Below are positions 12,550-24,907 of a stretch of 64,000 nt of DNA, one piece after another. A program made the position numbers and the translations under genes. The notes below the pieces were generated by a model. The model searched no databases. It worked only from the letters and a program-made list of their open reading frames with translations, and was not told the origin of the DNA. This DNA is from Felis catus (lineage: Eukaryota). How positions within the stretch are numbered: position 1 is the first letter of the stretch; the number at the start of each line of letters is the position of its first letter. The stretch is taken from NCBI RefSeq assembly GCF_018350175.1, contig NC_058368.1:52826001-52890000 (forward strand). Reading direction: 5' to 3'.

Positions 12550-13235
12550 ATCCAAAGCAGGCTCCCGGCTCCAAGCTGTCAGCACAGAGCTTGATGTGGG
12601 GCTCTAACCCATGAACTGCTAGATCATGACCTGAGCCAAAGTCAGACACTCTACCTACTGAGCCACCCAGGAGCCCCATTGTGTTGTTGATTTTAGCCAG
12701 TCTGACGGGTGTGAGGTGATATCTCACTATAGTTTTGATTTGCATTTCCCTGGTGATCAGTGATGTTAAGTATCTTTTCATGTGTCTGTTGGCCATCTGT
12801 TTGTCTTCTTTAGAAAAATGTCTATTCATGTCTTCTGCCCATTTTTAAATTGGATTGTTAGTTTTTTGGAGGTGCTGAGTTTCATACGTTTTTATATATT
12901 TATTGGATATGTCATTTGCAAATATCTTCTCCCATTCAGAAGATCGTCTTTTTAGTTTTGTTGGCTGTTTCCTTTTCTGTGCAGATGCTTTTTATTTTGA
13001 TGTAGTCCCAATAGTTTATTTTTGCTTTTGTTTCCCTTGCCTCAGGAGACATATGTAAAAAGAAGTTGCTACGGCCGATGTCAGAGAAGTTTCTGCCTGT
13101 TTTCTCTTTTAGGATTTTTATGGTTTCAGGTCTCACGTCTAGGTCTTTAATCCATTTTGAATGTAGTTTTGTGTTTGATGTAAGAAGGGGGTAAATTTTC
13201 ATTCTTTTGCATGTTGCTATCCAGTTTTCCCAACA
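11728..13235 (-). mobile_element. Carnivore L1 (L1_Carn-like), non-inverted 3' segment
   Basis: Carnivore L1 3' end (tttttatttaaattccagt); ORF2 C-terminal peptides on - strand ([24 protein letters not shown]). Confidence 0.93.
12461..12677 (-). mobile_element. Can-SINE nested in L1
   Basis: 16-bp TSD tgtgttgttgatttta (12445-12460, 12680-12695). Confidence 0.95.
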
Positions 13236-14126
13236 TAATAAAGACCATATATAAGTAGGTCTATCATCCTAAGTAGGGAAGAACTGAGAGCTTTTCCTCT
13301 ACTATCAGGAAGAAAACGGGGATGTCTACTCTCACCACTATTTAACATAGTATTGGAAGTCCTAGCCACAGAAATCAGAAAACAAAAAGAATCAAAAGGC
13401 ATCCAGGTAGATAAGGAAGAAGTAAAATTTTCACTATTTGCAGACGACATGAAATAGGTATAGAAAACCCAAAAGAGTCCACCAAAAAACTACTAGAGCT
13501 GATAAACAAATTCAGTAAAGTCACAGGATACAAAATCACAGTAAAGAAATGTGTTGCATTTCTATATACCAATAATGAAACAGCAGAAAGAGAAAATAAG
13601 GAATCAATCTCATTTACAATTGTACCAAAACCAATATGATACCTAAGAATAAACCTAACCAAAGAAATGAAAGACCTATACTCTGAAAACTATACGGTGA
13701 TGAAAGAAATTGAAGATGACACCAAAAAATGGAAAGACATTCCATGCTCATGGATTGGAAGAACAAATATTGTTAAAATGTCTGTACTACCCAATGCAAT
13801 CCCTATCAAAATACCAACAGCATTTTTCACAGAGCTGGAACAAACAATCCTAAAATGTGTATGGAACCACAAAACACCTTGAATAGCCAAAGCAACCTTG
13901 AGAGAGAAAAGTAAAGCTGGAGCCATCACAATTCTGTGCTTCAAGTTATATTACAAAGCTACAATAATCAAAGCAGTATGGTACTGGCACAAAAATAGAC
14001 ATATAGATCAATAGAACAGAATAGAAAACCCAGAAATGAACCCACAACTATATGGTCAATTAATCTTCAACAAAGCAGGTAAGAATATCCAGTGGGAAAA
14101 AGAATGTTTCTTCAGCAAATGATGTT
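13231..14126 (+). mobile_element. Inverted 5' segment of the same carnivore L1 (degenerate ORF2 RT region)
   Basis: tttgcagacgacatg (FADDM) near 13437-13451; peptide [18 protein letters not shown]; frameshifts and stops. Confidence 0.92.
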
Positions 14127-14136
14127 AGAATTTTCT

Positions 14137-14340
14137 TTTTTTTAAAGTTTATTATTTATTTTGAAAGAGGGAGGGAGTACAAGTGGGGAAGGGGCAGAGA
14201 GAGGGAGAAACAGAATCCCAAGCAGGCTCCATGCTGTTAGTGCACTGCCCAATGCGGGGCTCGAACTCACCAACTGGGAGATCATGACCTGAGCCAAGAT
14301 CAAGAGTCAGAAGGTTAACTGATTGAGCCCCCCAGTGACC
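14137..14340 (-). mobile_element. Can-SINE
   Basis: gatcatgacctgagccaagatcaagagtc core; T tail; flanked by copies of the tagRRttttct target. Confidence 0.93.
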
Positions 14341-14351
14341 TAGGGTTTTCT

Positions 14352-14479
14352 ATATTAAGAATTTACAATCTGCAAACAGAGACAATTTTCCTTCTTCATT
14401 TCTGATATGGATGCCTCTTATTTCTTTTTCTTGCCTGATTACCCTGGCTAGGATTTCTACTACTATGTTGAACAGGAGT
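14352..14479 (-). mobile_element. Continuation of the older L1 interrupted at 11727
   Basis: atctgcaaacagagacaatttt follows on from tttttggtggaatctttaggattttct in L1 ORF2 antisense. Confidence 0.85.
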
Positions 14480-14686
14480 TTTGGCCCAGGAATTTTTTGA
14501 TCATTTAACCACTTCCAAGCCTTAAATTATCTATCAGGTGATACTGGGGCTTAAACTGAACAAATTATCAATTACCAGGACTTCCTATCTGTTTAACTCT
14601 GTAATGCCACATGCAGACAGATCAATAAGTTAATTGCAGAAGGTAGACTCTTAATGAATTAATTAAATTAAACAGAGTGCAGTATT

Positions 14687-14897
14687 GGGGCACCTGGTGG
14701 CTCAATCAGTTGGGTGCCGGCTCTTGATTTTGGCTTAGGTCATGGTCTCACAGTTTGTGGGATTGAGTCCCACGTTAGACTCTGCACTGTCAGTGAGCCC
14801 ACTTGGGATCCTCTTTCTCCCTCTCTCTCTATCTTTCCTCCATTCATGTGCACTCTCTTTCTCTCTCTCAAAATAAATAAATAAACTTAAAAAAAAA
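14687..14897 (+). mobile_element. Can-SINE (older)
   Basis: ggggcacctggtggctca head; A tail; diverged TSD aaacagagtgcagta / aaacagggttcagta. Confidence 0.93.
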
Positions 14898-15399
14898 AAC
14901 AGGGTTCAGTAGTTCTTAAATTTGTGACATGGGAGAGTGTGGGAAGGCATGGACATGCTTTTATATATTTACTTATTTTTGATGCACTTTTTCTTTCTTG
15001 AACCAAGGGATTTTCTAAAGAATTTTTCTTGTCTTAGAGAGAGAGAGAGTCTGTAACTTGTTCCAATAGAACTGAGACTCCCAGGAAGAAAATTTTTCAT
15101 GATAGCATCTGTTAAAATGTTGGTAAAGAAGGATTAAGAAAGGTTCCACTAGATTTAGATTAGGGGAAGATAAAATGCTGGCAGAGGCCAATTTGGGTAA
15201 AATATCACAGCAGTCATGCAAACGCATTTCCTTTGAAGTAGCAGCTTCTTCCATTTTGTGGTTGAATGCTATCTGAAGCTTGGTGTTTCCTGAGGTTCCT
15301 TCCAACTTTCAGTTCTCTTTAGACTCTATGTTTTGGCCTTGGTAGTCTTACCTTCTACCATGGGCTAAATTAACAAATATATGGAGTTGGAGTTGACTC

Positions 15400-16395
15400 T
15401 TAAATGTCTAAATCCAGCCCTACCTCTTTCTCATCTCCAGACACATTAATCCAACTGCCTACTGGAAATTACCATTTAGATGTCTCACATTTTCCTCAAA
15501 TCTAAGATGTCTGAAATAGAATTCATCATCTTCCCATTAACTGCAACTTCTTCCATTTTTCCTATAACAAAAAATGACATGCCCCAATTGCCTAACCCCA
15601 AACCCTGACTCCTCATCGTCTCTTCTTCTCTACTTGCCATTAATCACCATGTCTGGTTGAATCAGCTTCCTAAATATATCTCCTATCTGTCACCTCTCTT
15701 CACCCTTACTACCACGTGCCCTGCTTTTGTCATCTCTGGACTAGAGTACAGGAAGTTTCTCCTAATTACATCTCCTCTTCTAGTCTTGTTTCCCTCTAAT
15801 TCATCTTCTTCCTTCCCAGAAGAGTGATTTTTCTAAAATGCCAATAAACCAGTGCAAATGGCACAATGCAAATGGCCAGGTTAAAACTCTTCAAATGTCT
15901 CCCTTGCTTAACGTTCAAACTTCTTAGCTTGCAAATCTCTCCAACTACCTTCTTTCTGCATCTCCTGTTGGACCCAGATATAATGATCTGTTTGTAGTTC
16001 CCAGGATACATTGATGGTTCCTGGTTTTGTGTTTTTGCTCCCAATCTTCCTTCTAGAAGGAAGGCTTCTTACTCCTTTCTTCTTCCCCGTATCCCCCACC
16101 CCCAATGTCAGCCTCCTTATCCTTCAAGATTTTTCCAGACTCAGCTCAAGGGTTCCCTCCTTGGATTAAACCTTTTCTGAACCACTCTCTACCTATAAGG
16201 GTAGAATTGGCTATAAACTCGTTTGGGTTTCTGCTGTACCCATTAGACTCTAAAATACATTTAACTCTTTATTTCACTCATGTTTTAATCTATGTCTCTT
16301 TATGAATAGTTTTTAGTGTCGTCAACAGCTAGTGCCATTTTCTGGCATATAGCATACTAAATATATTTGGTTCTTTGCTTGATTGACTGATAGAA
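15400..16395 (+). mobile_element. L2 LINE remnant
   Basis: atccaactgcctactgg...gatgtctc...ctcaaatctaagatgtctgaaatagaattcatcatcttccc motifs and L2-like 3' end. Confidence 0.75.
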
Positions 16396-16924
16396 TAAAT
16401 ACATGTGTACCCCTGAAGAGTTTTTTCTTAGTACCAAGAATTAAAAAAAAGAATATAAGGTTTTTATATTTTGTTTCCTTTTCATCATCATAAAACTTTC
16501 TCTGTACTGCTAAATGTTGTTAATGGAATTAACACTTTACATGGAATAATTATGTTGCTTTGTGTTGTTTCCCATCTTCAATGTTCCTAAGCCACCCCCA
16601 GATTTATTTAATTTATGTTGTCACGTATTTAACACCTTGTGATAATGTTAGAATTTGAATTGATTTCTACAAACATATTTACAGGGATATTTATGGGTTT
16701 TTTTCTATTATCGTCAAAATATCTTCTTTCATTCAATTAAGATACCATTGTCTCTTGCTAATTACAGTAAATATACAGAGAGAGTCAGCCTCTTATCACG
16801 TCTAACTTGGTAATTTGATATGGTTCCTATGGACACTACTATTAGAACCTGATATGGGGTAGAGATTTGGTAGATTTGATCAGTTGTTTCAAGGTGGAAC
16901 CTTCTTTACTCCTTACTTTGGAAA

Positions 16925-17405
16925 TTTCATTAAGAATGTATTGAGAGCTTAGCCTTTTCCAGTCACATACTAGGGAGGAATAGAAAGATCATAAGCACAA
17001 CTGCTTACTTGAAGGAGTTTATACTATTGAAGTAAAGTAAGACAGTTGCACAGAGAGCTACAACATAAAGATAGGATGAATGCCAGGAGAAATATACAAA
17101 GTATTGTGGGAACATAGAAGACATAATTTGTTGCACTAAGGTGATGCAAGGAGAGCTTCATGGGAGAGGGGACTTTTAAGCTTGGCTTTGAAAAATGAGC
17201 GAGATTTCAACAGGTGAAAGCTGGGGAGGGACTTTGAGCACCAAAGGACATGGTCGGTGGGTTGACCTGGAGAAAGTTCATGGTGTGTGAAAAAAAGAAG
17301 TGGAGGGATGTTGAGAACTGGAAAGATAAGTTATAGCCATATGAAGTAAGCCCTTGAATACTTCACCAACAATCAAAACTCACAGGAGGCTTTGAGCAGA
17401 GGTGA
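16925..17405 (-). mobile_element. L2 LINE remnant
   Basis: Purine-rich antisense L2 motifs (gcttcatgggagaggggacttttaagcttggctttgaa). Confidence 0.65.
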
Positions 17406-17964
17406 ACCTTTTTTTTTTTTTTGCTATTATCTACCCACAGTAGCATATTATGTTCCCCTTATCTTTTATACTCTGCATTTGCAAAGAAATTGCCATGATA
17501 TCCCTTGTTTGGAGATGAGATGTTCTTTACTAACCACTTTGAAATCATGCTTTTTTTTTTTTCCTTACTCAGTCTTTTGGCACAATGTTTTGCTATTTGA
17601 ACTTCAGCCACACTTTTTTTTTTTTGTTCCTCTGGGGGCACTGCTATTAGAAACTAACTGATATGGGGTATAAACTGTTCTATAATTACACTTGCTGCAA
17701 TAAAGGGCTCTTATCAAAGCCTTCTAGCTCGCTACCTGCCATTTGTTTTAAATATTATAATCTCCACCTGATATCTGTTGTGTCATCCTAGGGATGCACA
17801 CTGAGCAATATTCTCTTGGAAATGTCATATTCTTTTACTCGTTACTCTTTTTAAGGTCAAAAATTCAGATTTCACCCACTCTCATGAGGGTGGGGTACAT
17901 GCCCTGTTGGACATATATTGTGACTCTTCTCCCAGTTGTGGCTTGTTGTTTCATTTCTCTTAAA

Positions 17965-19130
17965 GAAATTTTTAAAAAATAGTTTTATTAAAATATCATT
18001 TATATGCCATAAATCCACCCATTTTTAAGTATCCAGTTCAATAAATTTTAGCATATTTACAGAGCTTACAGCCACCACTGCAATATAATTTTAGACTATG
18101 TCTACGCTACTAAAAAGGAAACTTGTCTCTAATCACAACCATTCCCCATTCCCACTTTCAGCCCTAGACTAACCTACTTTGTCTTCTTTTTTTTTTCAAC
18201 GTTTATTTTATTTTTGGGACAGAGAGAGACAGAGCATGAACGGGGGAGGGGCAGAGAGAGAGGGAGACACAGAATCGGAAACAGGCTCCAGGCTCCGAGC
18301 CATCAGCCCAGAGCCTGACGCGGGGCTCGAACTCACGGACCGCGAGATCGTGACCTGGCTGAAGTCGGACGCTTAACCGACTGCGCCACCCAGGCGCCCC
18401 CTACTTTGTCTTCTTATATTTGTCTTTTTTGGACATTCTATAAAAGTGGAGTTCTACAGTATGTATCCTTCTGTGTCTGACTTCTTTTGCTTAGCACATT
18501 TTTGAGGTTCATCCATGGTGTAGCATGTGTTGGTACTTCCCTTCTTACTGCCGATGATACTCCGTTGCATGGTTATACCACATTCTGTTTATCCATCGAC
18601 CGGTTGAGAGACACTTGAGCCACTCCACTTTTTGGCTGGTGTGAATAATACTGCTACAATCATTAGCACGTAAGCTTGTGTGTGTGTGGTCGTGTTTTCA
18701 TTTCTTTTTGGTAGATTCCTAGCCTCTAGTTTCTCTGCATCCTCATCACCACTTGTCACTGTCTATTCTTTTTGATTATAGCCATTTTAGTGAGTGAGAT
18801 GGCATCTCATTGTGGTTTTGATTTGCATTTCCCTGACGACTAATGATGTGGAGCATCTTTTTTATGTGCTTCTTGGCCGTTTTATATCTTCTGTGGATAA
18901 ATGTCTATTCAAATCTGTTGCCCATTTTTAAATTGAGTTGTTTTTTGTTATTGAGCTGTAAGAGTTTTAATCTGGATGCAAGTCTATCAGATATGTGACT
19001 CACAAACATTTTCTCCCATTCTGTGAAATTTGTTTTGTCTTTTCATTCCCTTGATGGTGTCTTGGGAAGCACAAAATTTTTAAATTTTGACAAAATCTGA
19101 TTTATCAACTTTTATCTCTGTGCTTTGAGC
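17965..19130 (-). mobile_element. Old L1 (L1MB-like) 3' region
   Basis: Antisense 3'UTR and ORF2 end (tctcattgtggttttgatttgcatttccctg). Confidence 0.87.
18189..18400 (-). mobile_element. Very young Can-SINE (SINEC_Fc type)
   Basis: CpGs intact; perfect 15-bp TSD ctactttgtcttctt (18174-18188, 18401-18415). Confidence 0.98.
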
Positions 19131-19132
19131 AT

Positions 19133-19167
<35 letters not shown>

Positions 19168-19170
19168 TTT
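19131..19170. repeat. (TTTA)n microsatellite
   Basis: Direct reading. Confidence 0.95.
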
Positions 19171-19584
19171 TTGAGATGTGGATCAGGTTAATTCACGGAA
19201 ACTCTAGTATGTTTACAATTACATAATAAGGGGAGGCTTTTATCACTTAATTTGCAAGGTAGCTGGGCCTGTTCTCCCCAGAAGCATTGACTTACTGCTA
19301 TGGATTTTCTGAAATTACATCAGTGAATTAAAATTACTTTCAGCTTTGAGGATTCACTGCCTCCACAAACTTCTCCTTTTCCCTCTCGCTATCCTGATGT
19401 AGTAACGAATCTGTCCTGAGAGTTTCAGAGTATGTCATCTGCCCGGCTCCCTAGGGGTTCGAGCGCCACAGCGCTCTCTCACAGTACATTTGAAGTCAGC
19501 CCATGTGCCCGGTGTTGTTGCACATGGAGGATCCAAGCCTGGTTGTCCAGACTTTGTTCAGATTTCCAGAACTCAAAGCAGCAG

Positions 19585-19745
19585 AATTAAGTTAGGAAAG
19601 AGCCTGGACTAGCAGCCAGAAGACCCGGGTTGTGGTTCCAAATCTGCCTCTTACTTGATTGCTCACTTTGATGGAATTACTTAATCTTAGTGTCATGTAA
19701 CTTTTTCATTTAGAAAATGAACTTTAGGATCTCTAATGTCTCTCC
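19585..19745 (+). mobile_element. MIR remnant
   Basis: ggaaagagcctggactagcagccagaagacccgggttgtggttcc...ttacttaatct. Confidence 0.65.
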
Positions 19746-19751
19746 TTTATG

Positions 19752-19972
19752 GTAGTGGCTCTCAGTGGTGGTGGTGGACAGGGATGATTGCCCGCCAAGA
19801 TCCCTACTGCCCTGGGCTAATTGCAAGACATTTTTGCTTGCAAAATGTAGCTGAGGGGGCGCTACTGCGTGTATTGGGTAGAGACAGGGATGCAGTTACA
19901 CATCCTACAGTGCTAGCCCCTACAACAAAGCATTATCCAGCCCCAAATAGCAACAGTGCTTGAGAAGTCCCA
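19752..19972 (+). mobile_element. MER20-like hAT-Charlie MITE
   Basis: gacatttttg...gctactg...gggtagagacagggatgc...acatcctacagtgc...acaacaaagcattatccagccccaaat. Confidence 0.78.
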
Positions 19973-19994
19973 CTTTTAGGCCATAGTTTTTATT

Positions 19995-20199
19995 TGTATT
20001 TTATTGTTTTTATTATTTTTTCATGTTTATTTATTTTTGAGAGAGAGAGTGTGAGCGGGGCGAGGGGCAGAGAGGGGGACAGAGAATTTGAAGTGGGCTC
20101 CGTGCTGACAGCAGCGAGCCCAATGCGGGGCTCAAACTCACAAACCGTGAGATCATGACCTGAGCCAAAGTTGGTTGCTTAACCGACTGAGTCACCCAG
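19995..20199 (-). mobile_element. Can-SINE with its 5' end interrupted
   Basis: Body ends at gagtcacccag; terminal cccc appears displaced to 20442-20445. Confidence 0.9.
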
Positions 20200-20209
20200 T
20201 ATTTAAAAA

Positions 20210-20413
20210 TCTTTTTTGAGTTTATTTATTTATTTTGAAAGAGAGAGAGCACAGCAGGGAAGGAGCAGAGAGAAGGAGAGACAGAATCCCAAGTAGGCTC
20301 CACACTGTCAGCACAGAGCCCAATGTGGGGCTTGAACCCACAAAACTTGAGATCATGACCTGAGCTGAGATCAAGAGTTCGACGCTTAACTGACCGAGCC
20401 ACCCAGGCGCCCC
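20210..20413 (-). mobile_element. Can-SINE inserted into the head of the preceding SINE
   Basis: TSD agtcacccagtattt at 20190 and 20415. Confidence 0.94.
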
Positions 20414-21625
20414 TAGTCACCCAGTATTTTAAAAGAAAATTCCCCTGTATTGTTTTCTCCAAATATTTCTTTTATTTCCCCAAAGCTCAGCTCCTAAGTT
20501 GAGCCTCTTCGTCTTAATTCATAATGATATTTTTTCATTTTCAGAATTGTTATGTGACTTATTATTGTATCAGTAATAAGTATAGTGCAATAGAAATAAA
20601 ACTATAACTGTAAATAATTTCTCTTTTTAAGCAGTAGAAACTATATATTTATAAGCTAATCAATTAACATATTATATTTATTAGATTTTCACTTTTGGTC
20701 ATTAAAGTAATTCTGGGTATTATGAACATTTTTTAATTCCAGCTGATCTCAAGATACCTGCAGCCTGCATTAACTCACAATTAACAGTAATGTCAAAGCT
20801 AAAAAATTTTCCAGTTCACATGTCAGAGGCATTTGAGAATCTTTCCCAGGCCCAGTCCATTTCAAACTCTTCAACGGGGCCCGACCCGGCAAGGAAAGAT
20901 GTTGTTTCACTCAGGGGACTAGAGACCCTGCTCACGCTCATTTAGGGACAATCTGTCAGCTAACGAAATGAAGGCAGGGCCTGGGTGGAGATTTCATCAC
21001 AAGAGCACTCTGTGACACATACAGAGAATTTGTTTTATAAAATAAATTTCCTTGCACTTTCCCTCTGTAACTCACTCTGTTTTAACATCTCCCTGTTTCT
21101 CCACCATATCGTGTAGGTTGTAGATTATTATCCATAATATGAACCCGCTTAAGAAACAATCTAGAGCATATCATTGGAGTCACTCATGGAAACATTAAAC
21201 AGCACCAGGTGCAGGACTGACCCCTTGAGGACTACTACTCAATATGCCCCCAAGGCTGACATTTAACCATTGATGACTTTTGAGTAGGGCCCTCTGACCA
21301 ATAGCACATCAATCAATAGTGTACTCCTAGCCCCACATTCCCAGAATCACTTCTTCTCTTTAGAGCTGCCCCCATGTCTTCTCATTAGTTGCTTCCCTCA
21401 GAGAGTATAGCTGAAATGCACAGGCAACTGCAAATGACTTAGAGAGAATAGACTCAGTTGCATGATAGGACAACAGTCAGCTGGCAAATGTAAAAATGCA
21501 ATGATTTTTCGGTTTTTCTTTTCCCTTAACAGGTTACTAAAAGAATCTCTTCCACCTTTTGTGGAATGTGCTTTCCTAATTGTCTTCATTGAGCCTTAAT
21601 CCTTAATTTGACCATATGGACTCCA

Positions 21626-21628
<3 letters not shown>

Positions 21629-21671
<43 letters not shown>
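21629..21671. repeat. (GT)n microsatellite
   Basis: Direct reading. Confidence 0.97.
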
Positions 21672-21672
<1 letters not shown>

Positions 21673-22318
21673 TGGGTATGCATCTGCATGCTGAGGGGTT
21701 AATCTGTTCAATTACCTTTGGATTTTACATGATATTCTCTCTATGGAATATCCACTACTCAATTTTATAATTTTACCAAATGAATCCAACCTTTGTACTT
21801 TGTTCATTTATTCAATTGTTATTTGGTAAAAGATTTTTAGGAATTAAATACATATTTTTATTAATTTTAGATTTTGGAGCAGTTTAAAGTTCTACAGAAA
21901 AATTGAAGAGGGAGTACAGAGAGTTGCTATGTACTTCCTGTCCCTCCTCCTCCCCAAGTTTCCCCATTAGTAATATCTTGCATTAGTGTGGTCCATTTTT
22001 TATAATTGATAAGCCAATATTGACATATTATTATTAACTAAAGTACATAGTTTACGTTAGGGTTCATTCTTTGTACTGTACAGTTCTGTGAGTTTTGCCA
22101 AATCCATAATATTATGTACCTACCATTATAGTATCAGAATATTTTCACTGCCCTAAAAATTCTCTATGCTCTGCCTTTTCACTCCTTCCCTCACTGAACT
22201 TTTTACTGTCTCCGTAATTTTGCCTTTTCTGGATTGTCATATAGTTAGAATCATAGAGTGTGTAGCCTTTTCAGATTGGTTTCTTCCACTTTAAAATATG
22301 CATTTAAGCTTCCTTCTT

Positions 22319-22352
22319 TTTTAAAATTTTTTTTTAATGTTTATTTATTTTT

Positions 22353-22401
<49 letters not shown>

Positions 22402-22566
22402 CATAAGCGGGGGAGGGGCAGAGAGAGGGAGACACAGAATCTGAAGCAGGCTCCAGGCTCTGAATTGTCAGCACAGAGCCCAACGCGGGGCTCGAACTCA
22501 CAGACCGTGAGATCATGACCTGAGTGGAAGTTGGATGCTCAACTGACTGAGCCACCTGGGCGCCCC
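22319..22566 (-). mobile_element. Can-SINE with expanded (GA)n
   Basis: TSD taagcttccttctt / taagcgtccttctt (22305-22318, 22567-22580). Confidence 0.96.
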
Positions 22567-22604
22567 TAAGCGTCCTTCTTATCTTTTTTTGCTTGATAAC
22601 TCAT

Positions 22605-22690
22605 TATTCTTCCTCCTCCTCCTCTCCTTCCCCTCCTCCTCCTCTTCCTCTTCCTTCTTATTCTCTTCCTCCTTTCCCATCTTCTTCTTT
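22605..22690. repeat. (CCT/CTT)n pyrimidine tract
   Basis: Direct reading. Confidence 0.85.
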
Positions 22691-23466
22691 CGTAGAATAG
22701 CATTTCATTGTGTAGATGTACCATAAAGTGTTTGCCTATTCACCTATTTAAGAACATGTGAATTGATCCCAACATTTCCAATTATAAATAAAACTGCTGT
22801 AAACATTCTTGTGCAAATTTTGTGTGGTCACAAGTTTTCAGGTCACTTGGGCAAATACCTAGTAATGCAACTGCTGGATCATAAGATAAGAAAGTGTTTA
22901 GCTTTGTTAAAAAAAAATGCCAAACTGTCCTTCAAAGTGGCTCTATAATTTAGCATTCCCACCAGCAAGGAACAAGAATTTCTCATGTTCCACATCCTCT
23001 CCAACATTAGGTATTGTCAGTGTTTTGGATTTTAGCCATTCTGATAGGTGTATACAGATATCTCATTGCTATTTTAATTTTCAGTTCCATAATGACACAG
23101 TGACATTGAACATCTTCTCATATATCTACTTGTCATCTGCATGTCTTCTTTGGTGAGGTATCTGCTCAGATCTTTTACCCACTTCTTAACTGGGTTGTTT
23201 TCTTCTTAAGAATTCTTTGTATATTTTGGGTACAAGTATTTTATCAGGCATTTTTTTTGCAAACATTGTGTCCCACTCTGGTTTGTCTTTTCATTCTCTT
23301 GACCGTGTCTTTTACTGAGCAGGGGTTTTTAACTTTAATGAAGTACGACTGACCCATATTTTTCTTTCATGGATTTTGCTTTAGATGTATCTAAACACTT
23401 GCCAACCCAAGGTCACCCAGAGCTTCTCCTATGCTAGCTTCTGGAAGTTTTATAGTTTGCATTTTT

Positions 23467-23689
23467 TTTAATTTTTTTTTTCAACGTTTTTATTTATTTT
23501 CGGGACAGAGAGAGACAGAGCATGAACGGGGGAGGGGCAGAGAGAGAGAGACGGAGACACAGAATCGGAAACAGTCTCCAGGCTCTGAGCCATCAGCCCA
23601 GAGCCTGACGCGGGGCTCGAACTCACGGACCGCGAGATCGTGACCTGGCTGAAGTCGACGCTTAGCCGACTGCGCCACCCAGGCGCCCC
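23467..23689 (-). mobile_element. Young Can-SINE
   Basis: TSD tatagtttgYattttt (23451-23466, 23690-23705). Confidence 0.96.
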
Positions 23690-24907
23690 TATAGTTTGTA
23701 TTTTTACATTTAGGTCTATGATCAATTTTGAGTTAATTTTATGAAAGTTTACATAAGGTCATTGTCTTGATTCTTTTTTTTTTTTTTTGACTTGCATGTG
23801 GGTATTCAGTTGTTTCAGCACCATTTGTTGAAAATATTACCCTTTCTCCATTGATTTGCCTTTGCTCCTTTGTCAGATATTAGTTGACTATACTTGTGGG
23901 CCTATTTCTGGGCTTTTTATTCTGATCCATTGATCTACTGGTCTATTTTTCAACAATACTACTCTTTCTTGATTACTGTGGCTTTATAGCAGGGTAGTGT
24001 CAGTCCTCTGATTTTTTTTCTTCTACTTCTCCACTGTGTTGGCTCTTCTGGGTCTTTTGCTTCTCCAAGGAAACTTTACAATCAGTTTATCAATATTCGC
24101 AAAGTAACTTGCTAGACTTTTGATTTGTATTGCGTTTAACCTATAGGTCAAGTTGAAAAGAACTGACAGCTTAACAATGTTGAGTCTTCCCGTCTATAAA
24201 CATGGAATATCTTTCCACTTATTTAAATCATCTTCGATTTCGTTTACATTACTTATAGCTTTATTCATATAAATCTAGTACATATTTTGTTAGATTTATA
24301 CCTAAGTATTTCACTTATTTGGTACTAATGTACACAGTATTATTTTTAATTCCAAAGTTCAATTTTTTATTGCTAGCATATAAGCAATTGAATCTGCATA
24401 CTAACAAACATACAGCCTTGCAACTTTGCAACCTTGCCATAATCACTTAGTTTTAGGAACTTTTGTTGATTCTTTGGGATTTTCTCCATAAATAAGCATG
24501 TCATCTGTGAACAAAGAGCTTTATTTCTTCCTTCCCAATCTGTATACTTTATATTTCCTTTTCTTAGGTTTCCAAGGAAAACCTTCCTTCCTTTTCTTTT
24601 TAGCATTTTCTAAGACTGCCAGTATAATATTGAAAAGCAGTGGTGAGAGGGGACCTCCTGGCTTGTTCTTGGTCTTAGCAGGAAAGTATCTAGTTTCTTT
24701 CCATTTGCTATGATATTGCCTGTAAGCCTTTTGTAAATTTTCTTTGTCAAGTTGTGGAAATTTCACTCTATTTATAGCTTGCTGAGAGTTTTTAAAATCA
24801 CAAATGGGTGTTGATTGTGTCAAACGCTTTTTCTATACCCATTGATGTGATCATAGGATTTTTCTCTGTTAGCTTGTTGATGCAATGGATTACATTAATT
24901 GATTTTT

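Noticed and set aside
11867..13944. RT-like ORFs as a functional reverse transcriptase or novel RT system
   Set aside because: Fragments of L1 ORF2 broken by frameshifts, stops, a SINE and an inversion.
17627..17645. CTCF site (cctctgggggcactg)
   Set aside because: One base short of the core spacing and lacks the conserved AG.
21500..21600. Exon after the acceptor ttttcccttaacag (21532)
   Set aside because: No plausible donor nearby and stops in all frames; likely a decoy acceptor.
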